From positions 213,840,001-213,904,000 of the forward strand of contig NC_058368.1 in the NCBI RefSeq assembly GCF_018350175.1: a stretch of DNA of 64,000 bases. Reading direction: 5' to 3'. The notes under the pieces were generated by a model. The model saw nothing but the letters and a program-made list of their open reading frames with translations. It made no database searches and was not told where the DNA came from. The translations under genes were made by a program, and so were the position numbers. This DNA comes from Felis catus. Its lineage: Eukaryota. Positions 13,379 to 25,020 of this stretch are shown one piece after another (position 1 is the first letter of the stretch; each line of letters opens with the position of its first letter).

Positions 13379-16300
13379 CTAAATTGAGCCCAAAAAGGGC
13401 TCAATTTAGAAAAAAGATATTGGGATATTGAGATACATGGGATTGAGGAGACAGAAGATCCAATGGAGACAAAGAGAATTCCCAGAGTGACAGCAAATGG
13501 AGTCCCAACAAAACAGGAGTGAAGCACCCGCAGTGAAACCTTGCAGACTGGAAAGCAGGGGAAGGGAGGCACTAGGAGGATTCTCTGGGACAGGAGCCAG
13601 GGGATGCGGGAGGCATGAGGGCCAGGATATAATTCTTCAATCACTGAACATGATTTGTATAAAGTGCAATTTACAGCTATTTTATAGAGCTGTTGAGGAT
13701 GTGGGAATGTTTAATCAGTTGTTCAAAGAAAATGAAGAAAATATTTAAAAAAAATTTTTTTAACATTTATTCGTTTTTGAGATTGAGAGAGGCAGAGCAT
13801 GAGCAGGGGAGGGGCAGAGAGAGAGAGACACAGAATCTGAAGCAGGCTCCAGGCTCCAAGTTGTCAGCACAGAGCCTGACGTGGGGCTTGAACTCACAGA
13901 CCATGAGATCATGACCTGAGCTAAAGTTGGACGCCCAACCGACTGAGCCACCCAGGTGACCCGGAAAATATTTTAAAATGAGGCAATTATTGGGGAGCCT
14001 GGGTAACTCAGTTAAGCATCTGACTCTTGGTTTTGGTTCAGGTCATGATCTCACAGTCACTGAGCTCGAGCTGCACATTTGGCTCTATGCCAATAGTTCA
14101 GGGCCTGCTTAGGATTCTCTCTCTCTCCTTCTCTCTGCCCCTCTCGTGCTCATGCTCTCTCTCTCAAAATAAATAAATTTTTTAAAAAATTAAAAAAATA
14201 GGGGCGCCTGGGTGGCGCAGTCGGTTAAGCGTCCGACTTCAGCCAGGTCACGATCTCGCGGTCCGTGAGTTCGAGCCCCGCGTCAGGCTCTGGGCTGATG
14301 GCTCGGAGCCTGGAGCCTGTTTCCGATTTTGTGTCTCCCTCTCTCTCTGCCCCTCCCCCGTTCATGCTCTGTCTCTCTCTGTCCCAAAAATAAATAAACG
14401 TTGAAAAAAAAATTAAAAAAAAAATTAAAAAAAATAAAGAAGCAAAATCAGAGAAAATAGCTAAAAAATTGGAACTGTTAGCTTGGTGGATGATGGGGTA
14501 GGAGGGTTGAAGAGAAGGGACTGCTCTTTTATAAAAATCACTTTTAGTAATAATTGATGTTTTATACTATTCAAATGTAGCATGCTGATAAAAATAAGTG
14601 GATTTAATTATAATTATAGTTATTTTATTAAAAGCAAAAAATGTAGGGGCACCTGGGTGGCTCAGTCGGTTAAGCGGCCGACTTTGGCTCAGGTCACGAT
14701 CTCACAGTTCATGGGTTTGAGCCCCGCGTCAGGCTCTGGGCTAACAGCTCAGAGCCTGGAGCCTGCTTTGGATTCTGTGTCTCCCTCTCTCTGCCCCTCC
14801 CCCACTTGTGCTCTGTCTCTCTCTCCTCTGTCTCTCAAAAATAAATAAACATTAAAAAAAAGCAAAAAATGTATATTTGAAATTATTCAATATCAAAAAT
14901 AGGAAACTTCAAATTGTAGTATCAATACTCAATTTAATATGCATAAAATTGTATTTAATCATATGAATTAATACCAAAAAGAAGATTTGATTTGGAAAAG
15001 CCATTTTGCACTTTATGATTTGCTTTGTAGAATTGGAGTTTTAAAATTGTGATAATTAATTCATGAAGGGTTGAGGATTTGATTCCTACTTTCTGAGGTT
15101 TATTAATATTTAAAAGTCTGTATCTGAAGCATAAAGACCTTTATCAAATTAAAGAGTGGTAAATCATTCCCCTTTGAAGAAACACATCATAATCTGCATT
15201 CAAATTCCTTCCTTATCTTTTAAAAAGAGTAAAGACAGCACTGATTTTTAGGCCTCATGATATTTACTACCCCAGGAAGAGTTTGCAAATGGGAATTATA
15301 CCCAAATCATGAATGTAATCCTGATTACTTTTTCTTCTGGATTAAACATATGTGTACACACCCATATTTAAACATTAAGAAATTGACAACAGTTATTTTA
15401 CCCATCTGTAGTCTGAGCCCAATGATGGAACAGTCTTTCTCCCTTCTACCCTATTTCCCTCTTTTCCTTCTTTCCTCTTTCTAGAAGCATTTACTTTGTT
15501 CCCAGTACTAGCTGAATGTTGAGAACACAAAAAAATAGTAAAATAAACTCTTTTCTACAGGGAAATTACAATCTGGTGCCACTTTCCACAACTAGCCATA
15601 AAGCAAGGTGTAAGGGAAAGAACAAAGTATTATGAGAACAGAGAGGAATCAGAATTTGCAGGGTGTCTGGGGACAGAATGTAAAGGGAAAAACTCTCCAA
15701 AGAGGATACTTTCTTGCTTTGACTTGGAGAGTCAGACAAGCTAAGGGAGAGAGGTGATGCCCTCTGCAGAGGGCGCAGCAGGCATAAAGCATCCAAGGGC
15801 ACAGAAGGAAACAGTGAAAGGTACAGAGTACCTACCCAGTATCTCTGCCTCCCAAGGTGATTAACTTCTGGTCCATTTTTGCCCTGAACACTCATTCCCT
15901 CAAAGTCACCTGCACACACTGGGAAGAGAATAAGAAGCCCGAGGCTGTTGAGTTAGAACTGGACACGCCAGGGTGGAGGGCAGGGAGGGCTCTATAGAAC
16001 TGGGAATGGCTGTTTCATTCCTGGCACGAAGGAGAATGCATTGTAAGCACATTTGAAGAAAGGAGTGCTCTATGAATAGTACTAAATTTGAAATTCTTGA
16101 ACAAAAGGATTTTCTTCAAGTTCCAGATTATTCAGGTTCAGGTGAGAAATGACTTGACAATTTATATTTGGAAATTGGACATGAGATGTTCTTTCATTTA
16201 ACAATTATTTACTGGGTGCCTGCTGTGGCTGCTGTCAGTGTTCAAGACACTGGGGAAAAAAAGGTCTTAATGTTTGCGACACATATTCAGGGGCTTCTTT

Positions 16301-16863
16301 ATATTTATAGTTCATCTTTCTAGATTAAAAAAAAATAATAATTGCCAGAAATCAACTTAAAAATTCATCAAGATCGGGGCATCTGGGTGGCTCAGTTGGT
16401 TAAGCATCCAGCTCTCTATTTCATCTAAGGTCATGATCTAATGGTTTGTGAGATCAAACCCTGCATGGGGCTCTGCATTGACAGTGCACGGCCAGCTTAG
16501 GATTCTCTCTCTCCCTCCTTTTGCCCTTCTCCAGCTCATGTGCATGCTCTCTCTCTCAAAATAAATAAGTAAACTTTAAAAAAAAATTCATCAAGGCCAA
16601 TTTAAGGGATTTACCAAGAATATTGCAGATACTTAGATGCAAATGTGAGGAGGTGATTTTTAAAAAATTATTACAAGAGGGGTGCCTAGGTGGCTCAGTT
16701 GGTTAAGTGCCCAACTCTTGGTTTCAGAGCAGGTCATGATCTCACAGTTTGTGAGTTTGAGCCCCGAGTCAGGCTCTGTGCTGACAGTACAAAGCCTGCT
16801 TGGGATTCTCTCTCTGCCTGCCTCCTCTCTCTGTCAAAATAAATAAATAAACTTAAAAAAAAT
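9781..16863. mobile_element. CanSINE cluster (+: ~9781, 10092, 11440, 11788, 12813, 13992, 14201, 14646, 16377, 16679; -: ~13030-13236, 13750-13963)
   Basis: Canonical heads and tails; embedded in old L1 sequence. Confidence 0.88.
13346..13379 (+). repeat. (AC)n microsatellite
   Basis: Dinucleotide run with one interruption. Confidence 0.9.
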
Positions 16864-16995
16864 TTAAATTTATTACAAGAAAATTTAGCATTGCCCCTAG
16901 TAATACAGAATTATGAAACTGAAAGCACTTATGTGGTGATCTAGTGCCACCGTGTGTCCCAATTACTCAATTACATGATTTAACAGTCAAGATTC

Positions 16996-17471
16996 TGTAT
17001 TCTTTTCCTATTGCAGCTGTAACAAATCACCACACATTTGTGAAAAACAACAAATTACCACAAATTTGTCATAAATTTGTAATGTATCTCAGTGGGCTAA
17101 AACCAAGGTGTCAGCAGGGCTGTGTGCCTTCAAAGCCCTACAGAAGTCTCTGTTTTACCTTTTCCACATTCTGGAGGTTGCCTGGATTCCCTTGCTGGTG
17201 GCTCCATTCCAGAACCAACAATGGCCAGTTGAGTCTTCTCATGGTAAATCTCTCTGACACTGCCTCTCCTCTTTCACTTTTAAGGACCCTTGTAATTACA
17301 TAGGGCCCACCTGGATAATCCAGGATAATCTCACCATCTCAAAATCAGTTGATGAGGAAACTTCTATCTGCAATTTTACTTCTCCCTTGCCATGGAACAT
17401 AACATATTCACAGGTTTTGGGGATTAGGATGAAAATATCTTTGGGAGGGGGGCATTATTCTGTATACCACA
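16996..17471 (-). mobile_element. MaLR LTR (MLT1-type)
   Basis: TGTATT..CCTATTGCAGCTGTAACAAATCACCAC ... GGGCCCACCTGGATAATCCAGGATAATCTC ... TATTCTGTATACCACA. Confidence 0.75.
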
Positions 17472-17620
17472 GAATCGATTAGGTTTTATTTGGGGGGGAT
17501 ATGCTACTTTTTATGTTTCAAATGATAAAGACATTAAACTGTTTCTCTGTCCTTATTTGTAACTTGGAATTGATAAACAGGAAAAACATATCTTTTGCCA
17601 ATGTCTGTAAAATTAGCCAC

Positions 17621-18129
17621 TGTGAGAAGTGAAATGATTCATTTTCAGAAATACCAAATCAAAGCTGTGCTGTCTAGTTAACAATAGGTTTACAACCTAT
17701 TGGGAATTTGTATGAGCCCCTCTCCCCCCGCACCCACCCCCCAAATGGAGTCTCAAACCCTTAGACACTTCACTTCCTGGTTCTTCCCCTCTCCGTTTTT
17801 GGGCTTATTTTCACAGGTTTTGCAGTGAGCATGTGCCAAAGAACTGAAGTCTCTGTATCACCTCGAGGAATGTACATTTGTTCCAATCAGACTACTCCTT
17901 GCCTTGCATGGGCATAGGCAACGTCGGGTAAGGCTGTAACCTCTGTAGTGCTCAGCCAATGAGGAACCAGGGGAGAGACTTGCATGCTAGGAGATAAATT
18001 GTCTGCTGTAACTGCCCCAAGTGTGCCTGTCCACCTGCTTTTGCAACACTGTCGATTAAAGCCTTGCTCTACTGTGCTCGGAGTCCCCACGTCCCTCCTT
18101 TGATTGGGGCAGTGGGCTTATTTCTCACA
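17621..18129 (+). mobile_element. Solo ERV LTR, copy A
   Basis: Inverted termini TGTGAGA...TCTCACA; CCAAT 17956, GATAAAT 17993, ATTAAA 18055; flanks GCCAC/GCCAT. Confidence 0.88.
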
Positions 18130-18862
18130 GCCATGCACTTAGAAATCCTTCCAGTGAATTTTTACTTATGCTTTACTAATCTTAGCTAGAAAAACCCAAA
18201 CTAAACATTAAAATATTGTTAAATTCATCTTAAAATTATTTTGACTTGGGGAGCCTGGGTGGCTCAGTTGGTTGAGTGCCTGACTCTTGATTTCAGCTGA
18301 GGTCTTGATCTCAGGGTTTGTGGGTTCATGCCCTGCGTCAGGCTCTGTGCTGACAGTGCATGGAGCCTGCTTGGGACCCACTGTCTCCCTCTCTCTCTGC
18401 CCCTCCCTCCCCTGGTCTCTTTCTCTCTCTCTCAAAATAAATAAATAAACTTAAAAAAATAATAATATTATTTTGACTTGGCAAAGGCAGGTGTAAGCCC
18501 AAATACTGCTTGGTCATATACAAAATATACAAGTAGAGGGTCTTTTTTGTTTGTTTACAGGGCAAATGGCTTTGTTCACAAACCAGTCAGAATTAAGTTC
18601 ACAAAAACTCATAATTGGAAAATTTTGTAGGGATTAAAAGAGGAGAAGAAGGGAACCGGTGGATTTTGTTTCTTTACATGTATCTACCTCCATTACTTTT
18701 GCAGATGAGCACCCCACTTTTGTACTGGTCATTTTCCAGCCAGGGGAAGAGAGACTATTCTGCACCCACCAGGATTTAATGGGCTGCTTTCTGAGTAGAG
18801 ATGAGGTAAGGCAGGGTATGCTAATCAAGCCTCACAAGAAAATGAACAAGATAAAATACTTG

Positions 18863-19276
18863 TGATGTGGTTTGAAGTGTTGGGGTTTGGAGCTGACAGG
18901 TAAGAAAGAACTCTTGAGACGTCTTTGGTGCAAACAACGTGGTTTTATTAAAGCACAGGGACAGGGCAGGTGGGCAGAAAGAGCGGCTCTAGGATTATGA
19001 GTGACTGATTAACTACCCAGGAGCTGGGGGAAGTAGAGATAAGGGGAAGTTTCCAAAAGGACTTTCATATGCTAAAGAAGACTCAGAATCCTGAAGGCAT
19101 AGCTATTGTCAAGCTAAAGTTGTTTTTCCCTCTAGCAAAGCATTAACTTTTAAGATTGTCAGGAGTTCCTGGAAGAATGCCATACTCTGCCTATCTTAAG
19201 TGTTTGTCAATGGGCTGCGGGTTACAAGGAAATTTAATTTTATCTACACTTCTTTCTGCCTTTGTTTCCCACATCA
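18863..19276 (-). mobile_element. Solo LTR of a different family
   Basis: Inverted termini TGATGTGG...CCACATCA; minus-strand AATAAA ~80 nt from the 3' end; flanks CTTG/CTTA. Confidence 0.75.
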
Positions 19277-19287
19277 CTTATGTTTTC

Positions 19288-19320
<33 letters not shown>

Positions 19321-19321
19321 G

Positions 19322-20500
19322 TTTTTATTTAAATTCCAGTTATTTAACAGTGTAATATTCGTTTTGGGTATACAAAATACTGATTCAACACTTCCATACA
19401 TCACACGTGCTCATCACAAATGCATTCCTTAATCCTCATCACCTTTTTAACTCATCCCCTCCCCTCCCACCCCCACCTCGCCTCCGGTAACCATCAGTTC
19501 GTTCTCTATAGTTAAGAGTCTGTTTCTTGGTTTACCTCTCTTTTTCTGTCCCTTTCCTCATTTATTTTGCTTCTTAAATTCCACTTGAGAGTGAAATCAT
19601 GGTATTTGTCTTTCTCTGACCGATTTATTTCACTTAGCATAATACTCTCTATCTCCATTCATGTCATTGCAGATGGCAAGATTTCATTCTTTTTTATGGC
19701 CACACCTTTGTCCATTCATCAGTCGATGGACACTTGGGCTGTTTCAATAATTTGTCTATTGTAGATAGTGGTGCTATAAGCATCAGGGTGCTTTGAATTA
19801 GTGTTTTGTATTCTTTGGGTAAATACATAGTAGTGCTGTGAGATGTAAGGGAAATGATTCATTTTCAGAAATACCAAATCAAAGCTGTGCTGTCTAGTTA
19901 ACAATAGGTTTACAACCTATTGGGAATTTGTATGAGCCCCTCTCCCCCCGCACCCACCCTCCAAATGGATTCCCAAACCCTTGGACACTTCACTTCCTGG
20001 TTCTTCCCCTCTCCGTTTTTGGGCTTATTTTCACAGGCTTTGCAGTGAGCATGTGCCAAAGAACTGAAGTCTCTGTATCACCTCGAGGAATGTACATTTG
20101 TTCCAATCAGACTACTCCTTGCCTTGCATGGGCATAGGCAACGTCGGGTAAGGCTGTAACCTCTGTAGTGCTCAGCCAATGAGGAACCAGGGGAGAGACT
20201 TGCATGCTAGGAGATAAATTGTCTGCTGTAACTGCCCCAAGTGTGCCTGTCCACCAGACGCCTGCTTTTGCAACACTGTTGATTAAAGCCTTGCTCTACT
20301 GTGCTCGGAGTCCCCACGTCCTTCCTTTGATTGGGGCAGTGGGCTTATTTCTCACAGTGCAATTGCTGGATCCTAGAGTGATTCTATTTTTAACTTTTTG
20401 AGGAATCTCTATACTGTTTTCCAGAGTGGCTGCACCAGTTTTCATTCCCACCAACAGTGCAGGAGGGTTGCCCTTTCTCCACATCCTCGCCAATACGTGA
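19322..20500 (-). mobile_element. L1 3' fragment interrupted by a solo LTR
   Basis: L1 3'UTR/ORF2 antisense sequence is continuous across the LTR (…TAGTAGTGC | GTGCAATTGCTGGATC…). Confidence 0.85.
19837..20356 (+). mobile_element. Solo ERV LTR, copy B (near-identical to copy A)
   Basis: Same termini; 4-bp TSD GTGC (19833-36 / 20357-60), typical of ERV1. Confidence 0.9.
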
Positions 20501-20869
20501 GGTAACACGTGTTGCTGATTTTTAATGTGTTGCTGATTTTTAAATGCTGGGTTTTCAATAGTGCTTCCCCAGCCTTTTCTGGAATGTCACATATAGTGTA
20601 CTATGGGAAGGGTACATCAATATTATGCAGGTAGGATGAGGAAGAATATAATAATTGCAGACTTCTTTTTCTGTTGTAAAATTGTTACCAGCTATTAGCA
20701 GGACCGACCTGCACATCTCTCCAGGGCCCATGTAAGGCTTCTTCCCAGCTTGAGGAAAGCTTCATGAAAACATTAAAGCATCTCCAACAGAATTTCCTTA
20801 CAAAGCATTTCAGTAAATTAGCAGTCATTAAACTGCTGTGTAAGTCTCGGTGATAACCTGTTATAGTTT

Positions 20870-23400
20870 CCATTGTAGAGGTTTTACGTATCTTTTGTTA
20901 AATTTCCTCTTAAGTATTTTGTGAAGTATAATGCTTCTTTAAAAATAGTAATGATTTAAAAAACATAATAATGGTTTTATTTCTTCCTTTGTGATATATA
21001 CGACTTTTGTATCTTTTCCTTACCTTTTCACCGTAGGTGGGACTTCCAGGATAGTGTTGAATGGAAGTGGTCCAAGTGAACGTCTTGTCCTTGTTCACTG
21101 TCTTGAGGGGAAAGTATTTAATATCTCATGGGCAGTATGGTATTAGCATCAGGTCCTTTCTAGATGCTTTTTTTAAAATGTTTATTTTATTTATTTATTA
21201 GGTTATTAATGTTTATTTATTTTGGGGGGGTGGGGAGGGAGAGAGGCAGACAGAGAGGAAGACCAAGGATCTGAAGCAGGCTCTGTGCTGACAGCAGAGA
21301 GCCCAATGTAGGGCTCAAACCCACAAACTGTGAGATCATGACCTGAAGTCAGACACTTAACTGACTGAGCCACCCAGGCTCCCCAGAGCTTTTTTTTTTT
21401 TTTTTAATCATTTTTATTTTCATTTTATTAAAAAAAAATTTTTTAATGTTTACTTAGTTTTGAGAGAGAGACAGACAGAGTGCGAGTAGGGGAGGGGCAG
21501 AGAGAGAGGGAGACACAGAATCCGAAATAGGCTCCAGGCTCTGAGCTGTCAGCACAGAGCCCAATGCGGGGCTCAAACTCACAAACCAGAGATTGTGACC
21601 TGAGCCAAAGTCAGATGCTCAACCACTGAGCCACCCAGGTGCCCCCAGAGCCTTTAGTTTTAAAATTATGATGGCTATTGGATTTTATCAGAGGCACTTT
21701 TTTCACATTTATTGGTATGATCATATAGTTTTTCTCCTTTGTTCTGTTAATGTGACAAATAACCTCAATTTTCAAAGATTAAGGTGACCTTGTACTCTTG
21801 GAATAAACCCACTTAACCATGATGTAGTTAGTGTTGCTTCTTTCAAGTAGCTAATATTTTGTGAAAGATTGTTGTATCGTGAGAGATGTTGGTCACAAAT
21901 TTTCATGTAGTCTCTTGTCAAGGTTTTGACAGGGTTACACTGGCTTCATAACATGAGTTGGAAATAGTTTCCGTTTTCTAAAAATGTGTAAGATTAGTAT
22001 TATTTCTTTCTTAAATGTTTGATAGAATTCCCAAGAGAAACCATCTGGACTTGCAGTTTTCTTTGCAGGAAGGCTTTTGATTAGCATTTCAACTTTAAAA
22101 ATAGAGTTATTCAGATTTCGATTTCTTTTTGTATCATTTTGTAAGTTGTGTTTGTTTTTAAGTTTATTTATTTTGAGAGAGCAAAAAAATGCAAGTGGGG
22201 GAGGGGCAGAGAAAGTGGGAAAGAGAATCCCAAGCAGCTTCACACTGTCAGCGTGGAGCCTGATGCGGAGTTTGAACTCATGAACCGTGAGATCATGACC
22301 TGAGCTGAAGTCAGATGCTTAACCTACTGAGCCACACAGGTGCTCCTGGATTATTTTACTTCACATAATATTTTCAAGGTTCATCCATGTTGTAGTATGT
22401 ATCAAGGTCTCATTCTCTTTCATGATCAAATAATATTCTATTGTATGTATATACTACATTCTGTTTATCCATTCATCTGTTGATGGACATTTGGGTTGTT
22501 TCCATCTTTTGGCTGCTATGAATATGCTCCAATGAATATTGGTGTACAAGTATCTGAATCTCTGCTTTCAGTTCTTTTGGGTATATACATAAGAATGGAA
22601 TTGCTGGACTATATAATTCCATGTTTAACTTTTTGAGGAACTGTCAAACTTTTTTCCATGGTGGTTGCACCAGTTTTACATCCCCACCAACAGTATATGA
22701 AGGTTCCAATTTCTCCAAAGCCTTGCCAACACTTATTTTCCTTAAAAAAAAGAAAAAAAAAGAAAAAAAAAGTAGCCATCCGAAGGGGTATGAAGTGCTA
22801 TCTCATTGTGGTTTTGATTGGCATTTCCCTAATGACTCATGATGTTGAGCATCTTTTCATGTGTTGGCTTCTTTTATTGACTAGTTGTATATCTTCTTTA
22901 AAGAATTCTTTATATATTCTAGATATTAATCCTTTATCAGATATATGATTCACAAATATTTTCTTGTATTCATTGGGAGGTCTTTTTCACTCCCTTGATA
23001 ATGTTCTTTGATGCAGTAGAGTTTTTAATTTTGATAAAGTACAATTCAAAGTCTTTAGGGATAAATTTGAAGAGATTTGGCATCATATTGAGACCTCCTA
23101 CCTATGAATAATAATATTCTCCATTTACTGAGGTTTTCTTCTATGGCCTATAATGTTTACCTTTTATCTTGTAAAGATCTTTTATATTTACTATACAATG
23201 TTGAATGTATGTTTGAATGTTTATGCTCAGGTATTTTATACTTAGGTTTCTGTTGTGAATTTCTTTTTGTTGCATTTTCTGTCTGCTGCTGGTGAACTGG
23301 AAAACTACCAATTTGTGAATGTCTAGTTGCTATCCAGTCCCTTTGTTGAACTCTGTTATTATTTGCCAGTTTTCATCATATTCGTTTTCACAGTCTATCA
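20870..23400 (-). mobile_element. Old L1M/L1MB fragments with nested SINEs
   Basis: Degenerate ORF2 (KKTASPDGFSWEFYQTFKKEII, ORF 21935..22243) and L1 3' motifs at 22350-23040. Confidence 0.75.
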
Positions 23401-23957
23401 TTTGGTAGACTAATACTACCCTGGAGCCTCAAATCCCTAGGAATGACAGAAAAGTCATATAAAGAATAAAATCCATAGCATGAAGAAATACCCACACTTT
23501 CTCTTTTTTCATGTGCACAATATGAGAGTATACTATATGCACTGTTATTTTATATTTTCTGCTCCCTCCTACTATTGTTCAATATCAGTACACAGAGAGG
23601 ACCTCTTCCTATTTAAGGGTGATGGTGTAAAGGTGTACAATAACTTACTATGTCGTGCTGAGGAAAACTTTCCCCCATCTTTTACTGTTACAGTGAAAAT
23701 CCTTGTATGAAAGTCTTTGCACAAATATCTGTAGGATCAAAACTTCCTAGAAGTGAAAATCCTAAAACTTGGATCAAAGAGTATATTCATCTTCAATACT
23801 GATAACTACTATCAAACTGCCTTCATGAAAGCTGTACCAATACACATTCTCAACAACAGCATATCAGCATGCTGTTTTCTCACACCTTTAGCAACACAAC
23901 ATACGCTGTTTACAATAGTCTGAAAGAAATATAGAGAATTAGTATCTTTATTCTTTT

Positions 23958-25020
23958 TGTGGAAGATGCTGCTGACGTCCCACCAACTTTACCTGCAGCT
24001 GTAGAGGATAGTTCCTAAACATTCCGACAGCACCCAACTTGTGTCTGGATCTCTCTGCTTCTCTTCCTGAATCGCTTTTAGGTGCCATAGGAATTTGCTT
24101 AGTTCAAGCAAGGGTAGGCTTTCCAGGGTGGCTGGTAAGTAATAGCATATCAGGCTCTCAGAGGCAACCTTCAACATATGAGGAATGGGAACCAGTGGAT
24201 AAATGTGCAAGCTTCCTCTTCCCTCAGCAGGCAATTCTAAGCCATGTTCTTACTGATTCCTGAGGGGAACTGAGCGCCTGTTGACTATAGCAGTAATCTC
24301 ATTGATCTGTTGTTAACTTTTCCACCTTCCTACCTTACTTTCACTACTTCTTCACATCCTGATTTCACCTCCAAGATAAACCACATGCACTCAAATCCCT
24401 TCAATACCTGCTTTGAGGAGGACTTAAACTAAAATAGATGACCAGGTTTGGTCCTAGAAAGTTGACCCTCAAGAATCGGACTACAGAATTTGTTCACTCC
24501 CTGGTCAGGGAGCAATGAGAATCTCATTGCTGGTTTAAGTGGGGGTTGTGGTAATCCATGGCATGCTGGGTTTACTAAGACTCTCATGTCTGATTGTTTA
24601 GGATGAGGTAGGGCTAGGGAATAGTTACTGCTCTTGAAAGACATGGGGCAATGGTAATTATTAAGGACTGTGGAGGAGGCTGACTTTTCATTAACTTTCC
24701 TGGAAGCCTCGGAGAATGGCACACTAGGTTGGCCAGCTTCAACTCAGGGCATGATAGAAGGCTCTCATGGCCAACTTTAATTAATCCGACCCTCATCTCT
24801 TGCAGCAGGAGGGCAGATTGTGCTGAATATTAGCCTCAGAATACAATCATAAAAATGTCAGAGCTCTAATGGATATCTAATGCAGAGCCAGAGCAGGTGT
24901 CCCATCTTAAATTCTGAGCCCTGGAAGGGAAGAAATAGGATTGTGAAATCTGGATGGTTTTATTTAGGTGAATGCACTACACAGTCCAAACCCAATATTT
25001 CTCTGAATCTTCCAGACAGG
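23958..25020 (+). mobile_element. Ancient ERVL relic: LTR16-like LTR plus start of ERV3-16A3-like internal region
   Basis: LTR end ...CTGCTTTGAGGAGGACTTAAACTAAAATA followed by GGTCCTAGAAAGTTGACCCTCAAGAAT; family recalled from consensus motifs. Confidence 0.55.

Noticed and set aside
17621..20356. Single provirus or LTR retrotransposon bounded by the two matching LTRs
   Set aside because: Each LTR has its own TSD, there is no PBS, PPT or gag/pol, and the second LTR interrupts an L1
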